Assembly: GCA_964524845.1 (NCBI GenBank)
Contig: CAZGFX010000001.1
Span: forward strand, 227,740-291,739
DNA: 64,000 nucleotides
Source: an uncultured Gammaproteobacteria bacterium
GTDB taxonomy: Bacteria > Patescibacteriota > Patescibacteriia > CAZGFX01
Direction of reading: 5' to 3'
Of the stretch, positions 60,583 to 64,000 are shown piece after piece. Numbering within the stretch: position 1 is the stretch's first letter; each line of letters begins with the position of its first letter. Both the position numbers and the translations under genes were made by a program. A model generated the notes under the pieces. That model had not been told where the DNA came from, ran no database searches, and saw nothing but the letters and a program-made list of their open reading frames with translations.

Positions 60583-61941
60583 TTATTCTGCAATTTCTTC
60601 TTGTTGTTGACCAGGTCCTCCCCCTTGAGAAACACAAGTAGATCCGGTTTTTACATAACCAGATTTACACGTGAACCCCGCGCAATCAATATCACATACA
60701 GCATTTGTTGGAGTTCCGATATTTCCTTCACACACTTCCTCTGAATCAAGTATTCCATCTCCGCACTTTCTTCCAATTAGTTGAACCGACTTACACGACT
60801 CATCGCAATATGTACACGGAATACCGTATGTTGACGATATACATTTTGTTCCGTTTTGTTCTTCTCCATAATCACATTGTTCGTCTCCGTTTTGTACTCC
60901 ATCTCCACATTGCTCGTTTGCTATACACGTTCCTTTTTTAATAAACTTACAACTTGCGTTACACTCGTATGTTTCTTGTCCTGTGTATCGTCCTATTGTG
61001 CATGATTTTGTTGTTAGTTGTCCTGGCTCGCACTCCTCTCCGAGATCTGATTGTACTATTGAGTCTCCACACACCGGTTTGTTGAATACTGTGGTGCAAA
61101 TTCTATTGTCGTTTATGTAAACAATATGGGAATTAATATCGCTCCACGATAAATCAGTAAACTCAAAATTAGCATATAGTGTATATGATTGTCCGTTTGG
61201 TGATACTTGGTAATGAAATACTCTGGAGTTTTTTGGACATACGTATGCTCCGTTTGGTCGTTCGTTTGATACTGGTATCCAGCATGTTTTTGGATCAAAT
61301 CCTGCTTTTTCACATCCGTATGCATATGTGTTTATAGGATCTGTTCCTTGTACTCCAATAAGTGTTAGAAATCTCTGCCAAGAAGGCCACGCGCTTGATG
61401 TTAGACCAGGGATGTATGTTCCTGATATAAGAGTAGGATATGTTCCATTTTTTTGTTTATATGTTTCAAGAGCTCCGGCTATTGATGTTAGTGTGTGAAG
61501 TCTTTTTTGATCTCTAAATATCTGCTCTATATTTTCGTTTGTGAAGTTCTGGAGTCCTGTTTCTGCGCGATAATCTGTAAATTTAAGATTTTTTATTATA
61601 ATATCGTACGCCTTGTTTATTGCAGAAGATGTTTTGTCTGATGTCGTCACTACATATACTCTTGTTTCGAGTTTTTGATTTGTTGGATTAAAAAATACTC
61701 CATTGATATATATGGAATTTTTATCCTTAACGGCTGGGTATCCTTTAACTGTCGTGCTTTGTGGTGTTCCTGTAAATCCTTGATCTATATACCATTTTTC
61801 AATTGGAATTTGTCTTTTGTTTTCGTATACGCGAAGACCTAGGGCACCAATTGTTTGTTTTCCGCTCGTCTGTGCATACACAACAATACTTGCTCCAAAA
61901 AGGAACAAAACAATTAAAAATATATATTTGCTTATTTTCAT
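60583..61941 (-). CDS. secreted protein with internal pseudopilin-like (GspG-like) globular segment and C-terminal Myxococcus-type cysteine-rich repeats
   Basis: Signal peptide. LTSIAGALETYKQKNGTYPT...DPINTYAY resembles the GspG/pilin L..AL..Y..DNG.YP...DPWG pattern. Three CGDGxxxxxExC units (CGDSIVQSDLGEEC, CGDGVQNGDEQCDYG, CGDGILDSEEVCEG). Confidence 0.5.
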   Translation of the reverse strand: MKISKYIFLIVLFLFGASIVVYAQTSGKQTIGALGLRVYENKRQIPIEKWYIDQGFTGTPQSTTVKGYPAVKDKNSIYINGVFFNPTNQKLETRVYVVTTSDKTSSAINKAYDIIIKNLKFTDYRAETGLQNFTNENIEQIFRDQKRLHTLTSIAGALETYKQKNGTYPTLISGTYIPGLTSSAWPSWQRFLTLIGVQGTDPINTYAYGCEKAGFDPKTCWIPVSNERPNGAYVCPKNSRVFHYQVSPNGQSYTLYANFEFTDLSWSDINSHIVYINDNRICTTVFNKPVCGDSIVQSDLGEECEPGQLTTKSCTIGRYTGQETYECNASCKFIKKGTCIANEQCGDGVQNGDEQCDYGEEQNGTKCISSTYGIPCTYCDESCKSVQLIGRKCGDGILDSEEVCEGNIGTPTNAVCDIDCAGFTCKSGYVKTGSTCVSQGGGPGQQQEEIAE

Positions 61942-62109
61942 ATATGTAGGCGAATTTTTAATACAATCTAATTATACAATATTTTTAATAATTAAACAAA
62001 TACAGTCTGGGTAAAAACTCTTTTATAAGCCAAAACCCCTGCCATAAAAGCAGGGGGTAATGTTCTATATTTCGATCAAAAACTCGTAAATATCTTTTGG
62101 CTTTTATAA

Positions 62110-62562
62110 TTATTTTGATACTGGATCATTCGGGTCAGTTTGATTTTTTATTTCGTCACCATCTTTGACTCCATCTGCGTCGCTATCTTCAGAAAATGGA
62201 TCTAGCATCAGACGAATTTCATCAAAATCATTTACACCATCACCGTCTGTATCTGCTTTGTTCGGATCTGTTTTGTATATTTTCTCGTTTTCATCAGGAA
62301 TACCATCCTTGTCAGTATCTGTCTTTCCAGGCTCTCCTTCTTTGTTTTCAAAAACCTGTACTCGAGAATTGTCGTATGTTGGTTTGTATGGCTGCGTTGG
62401 CTCTTCTTTTGTATTATTTCCGGTTTGTTTCTGTTTGTTCGTACCTGTTTGTTCTGTTTTATTTGACGATGGAACTGTCGGTTCCATAGAAATAGAAGCA
62501 ATATAAGCAATTAAACCTATTATTATCAGAACAACCAATGTTAATATTATTTTTTTCGACAT
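62110..62562 (-). CDS. membrane-anchored thrombospondin-type-3 repeat protein
   Basis: N-terminal TM helix. DTDKDGIPDENE, DTDGDGVNDFDE and DSDADGVKDGDE repeats. Paralogous in repeat type to 18357-19181. Confidence 0.55.
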   Translation of the reverse strand: MSKKIILTLVVLIIIGLIAYIASISMEPTVPSSNKTEQTGTNKQKQTGNNTKEEPTQPYKPTYDNSRVQVFENKEGEPGKTDTDKDGIPDENEKIYKTDPNKADTDGDGVNDFDEIRLMLDPFSEDSDADGVKDGDEIKNQTDPNDPVSK

Positions 62563-62632
62563 AATTACTTGTTATTTATTATTAATATCTACTATATAAA
62601 AAGTATATAGAAAAACACGTATAATTGAAAGA

Positions 62633-64000
62633 CTATTCGTCTACGAATGGTGTATCAACAGCTTCTTCTGCTGATCCTATAAGTATTTCAATTTGAACTA
62701 CATCACCTCCTTTAATTTGTGAAAAATTATATTTCTTAGTTGCAACAATTTTCTCGTCTTCTATAACCGAATACGAATCCGTGTCGAGCTCAAATCCTTT
62801 GATTTTAATTCCACACCGACCATTGTTGTCCGTCGTACAACTCCATGGGCCTGAGTCAGATTCAACAATAATACCTGCCATTCCTGATGTCATTTGGTGA
62901 TGAACATAAAATTCAATGATGATTGTTGGCAGGCACATTCCTTCTTTTTCTGAATATCCGTTATTACAAACAAATGTACATGCACCAAGCGTACATAAGC
63001 TTTCACTATTTTCCGGTCCAGAACAAATTATTCCGCACCCTCCACAATTATTATTGTCATATAGTGTGTTTATCTCACATCCGTTTGTCATCGTTGTATC
63101 ACAGTTTGCTCTGTTTGCTATACAACTTGCTCCTGTACATGCGTTATATGCTGTTCCTGCCCATGTTTTTGTTCCTCCTGTTGTGAATGCTGGTTGTGTG
63201 TTTGATGCGTATGTACTGTTTGTGTATGTACAAGATTGTGTGTTTGCGATACATGCTGTGCTTTCGTTGTGTGCTAAAGCTGTACATAGATATGTACATG
63301 CGTATGTGAAGGCAGAGCCGGTACATGATGCTGTTGCGTTTGCAGGAGCAGAACACGATGTTGTTGATATTGATTGTGTGCCATTGTTTGTTGCAGATCC
63401 GCAAGTTGTTAGACTTGATAGGTTTGTTTCACAACCATCGGTGCTTTGAGCGTTCTTATCAGCATATGGAGCAGTGCATTGATATCCTGTACATGATCCC
63501 CACGCTGTTCCTGTCCAGTTTTGAGTTCCTCCTGTTGTGTTTGTTGGTTGAGTTGCGCATGGTCGTGTGTTTGATATACATACTCCATTTTCACTATGGA
63601 AGCTTGTTGAACATGTTCCTATAGTACAAGTACTGTTTGAACATATTGCTGTGCCATTTGTTGTTGAGCACTTGTTTTGACATGATGCGCAGTTGTTTGC
63701 GTCGTTTGTTAGATTGATTTCACATCCGTTTGTGCTTGTCTTGTCACAATCAGCAAATCCAACAGCACAAGCATACGATGTATATTCATATGTTTGTGTT
63801 GATGGATTCCATTCTGTTGTTGCTTTTGTTGTGTTTGGTAATAGAGGGGCTTCTTCGTTTGTGTTTGATACGCAAGATGATCCTTCTTGGTGAGTATTTG
63901 CAGGACATACGCAAGTTGATCCTGATTTTATAAATGTTGGTGAGCAAGATATTTCACATATTCCAAGAGTACAAAGACTTGTTCCGTTTGTTGGATTTGT
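62633..64000 (-). CDS. cysteine-rich secreted protein, 5'-truncated by window end (>=455 aa in window)
   Basis: Manual translation of the minus strand shows one open frame from nt 64000 down to the stop at 62633. The six-frame track reports only the last 152 aa (from an internal Met at 63091). Repeated motif T(N/D)GCE(I/T)N(L/T)...D..NC(G/A)xCxxxC occurs at least three times. Confidence 0.55.
   Translation of the reverse strand, partial: TNPTNGTSLCTLGICEISCSPTFIKSGSTCVCPANTHQEGSSCVSNTNEEAPLLPNTTKATTEWNPSTQTYEYTSYACAVGFADCDKTSTNGCEINLTNDANNCASCQNKCSTTNGTAICSNSTCTIGTCSTSFHSENGVCISNTRPCATQPTNTTGGTQNWTGTAWGSCTGYQCTAPYADKNAQSTDGCETNLSSLTTCGSATNNGTQSISTTSCSAPANATASCTGSAFTYACTYLCTALAHNESTACIANTQSCTYTNSTYASNTQPAFTTGGTKTWAGTAYNACTGASCIANRANCDTTMTNGCEINTLYDNNNCGGCGIICSGPENSESLCTLGACTFVCNNGYSEKEGMCLPTIIIEFYVHHQMTSGMAGIIVESDSGPWSCTTDNNGRCGIKIKGFELDTDSYSVIEDEKIVATKKYNFSQIKGGDVVQIEILIGSAEEAVDTPFVDE

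Noticed and set aside
63144-63594. Track ORFs 63144-63404(-), 63409-63594(-) and 62916-63449(+) near the window end
   Set aside because: They are out of frame or antisense relative to the single long Cys-rich reading frame that runs 64000 to 62633 without stops. Their products are low-complexity His/Tyr-rich artefacts.
1-64000. Search for tRNA, rRNA, tmRNA, RNase P and SRP RNA signatures
   Set aside because: No T-arm (GGTTCGAATCC-like) stem-loops with matching acceptor stems were found, and no rRNA-like GC-rich conserved blocks. The long spacers examined (8231-9121, 13042-13583, 40051-40450) did not match these RNAs' conserved cores by eye. Absence is based on manual inspection only.

Overview
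This is an AT-rich, gene-dense bacterial segment (mid-30s % GC by eye) with genes on both strands. It carries many housekeeping genes: trpS, rlmD, folD, queG, queA, ruvB, gyrA, uvrD/pcrA, ychF, htrA, rpsA, ftsH, a PilB/GspE ATPase, valS, tsaE, tsaD and a LivJ-like binding protein. Most are preceded by AAGGAG-type Shine-Dalgarno sequences and followed by clear hairpin-plus-T-run terminators. Between these sit many hypothetical, secreted or membrane proteins. They include three tandem SPFH-like paralogs, two huge signal-peptide proteins (one with a T9SS-type C-terminal sorting domain), and, on the minus strand from 56.6 kb to the window end, a run of secreted proteins. That run holds a NAGPA-like phosphodiester glycosidase, an O-methyltransferase, cysteine-rich proteins of the Myxococcus-repeat and a second CxxCG type, and thrombospondin-type-3 repeat proteins. 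No rRNA or tRNA gene and no CRISPR array was found. The most unusual signals are non-coding. A 38-nt element occurs as exact inverted copies in the 5' leaders of two unrelated genes 45 kb apart. A family of TCCTGAA...TTCAGGA palindromic repeats is shared by two distant intergenic loci. 35-nt direct repeats bracket a 2.8-kb low-coding islet that contains an HTH regulator. A T-box-like leader (AGGTGGTACCGCG) precedes valS. A 26-nt exact repeat abuts the -35 regions of both the valS leader and the BCAA-binding-protein promoters. A 540-nt hairpin-rich spacer has a recurring ACCCAAAA loop motif. Lineage is not determinable from sequence alone; the AAGGAG-type SD leaders and T-box leader argue against Bacteroidetes, and a candidate-phylum or Patescibacteria-like origin is a low-confidence inference.
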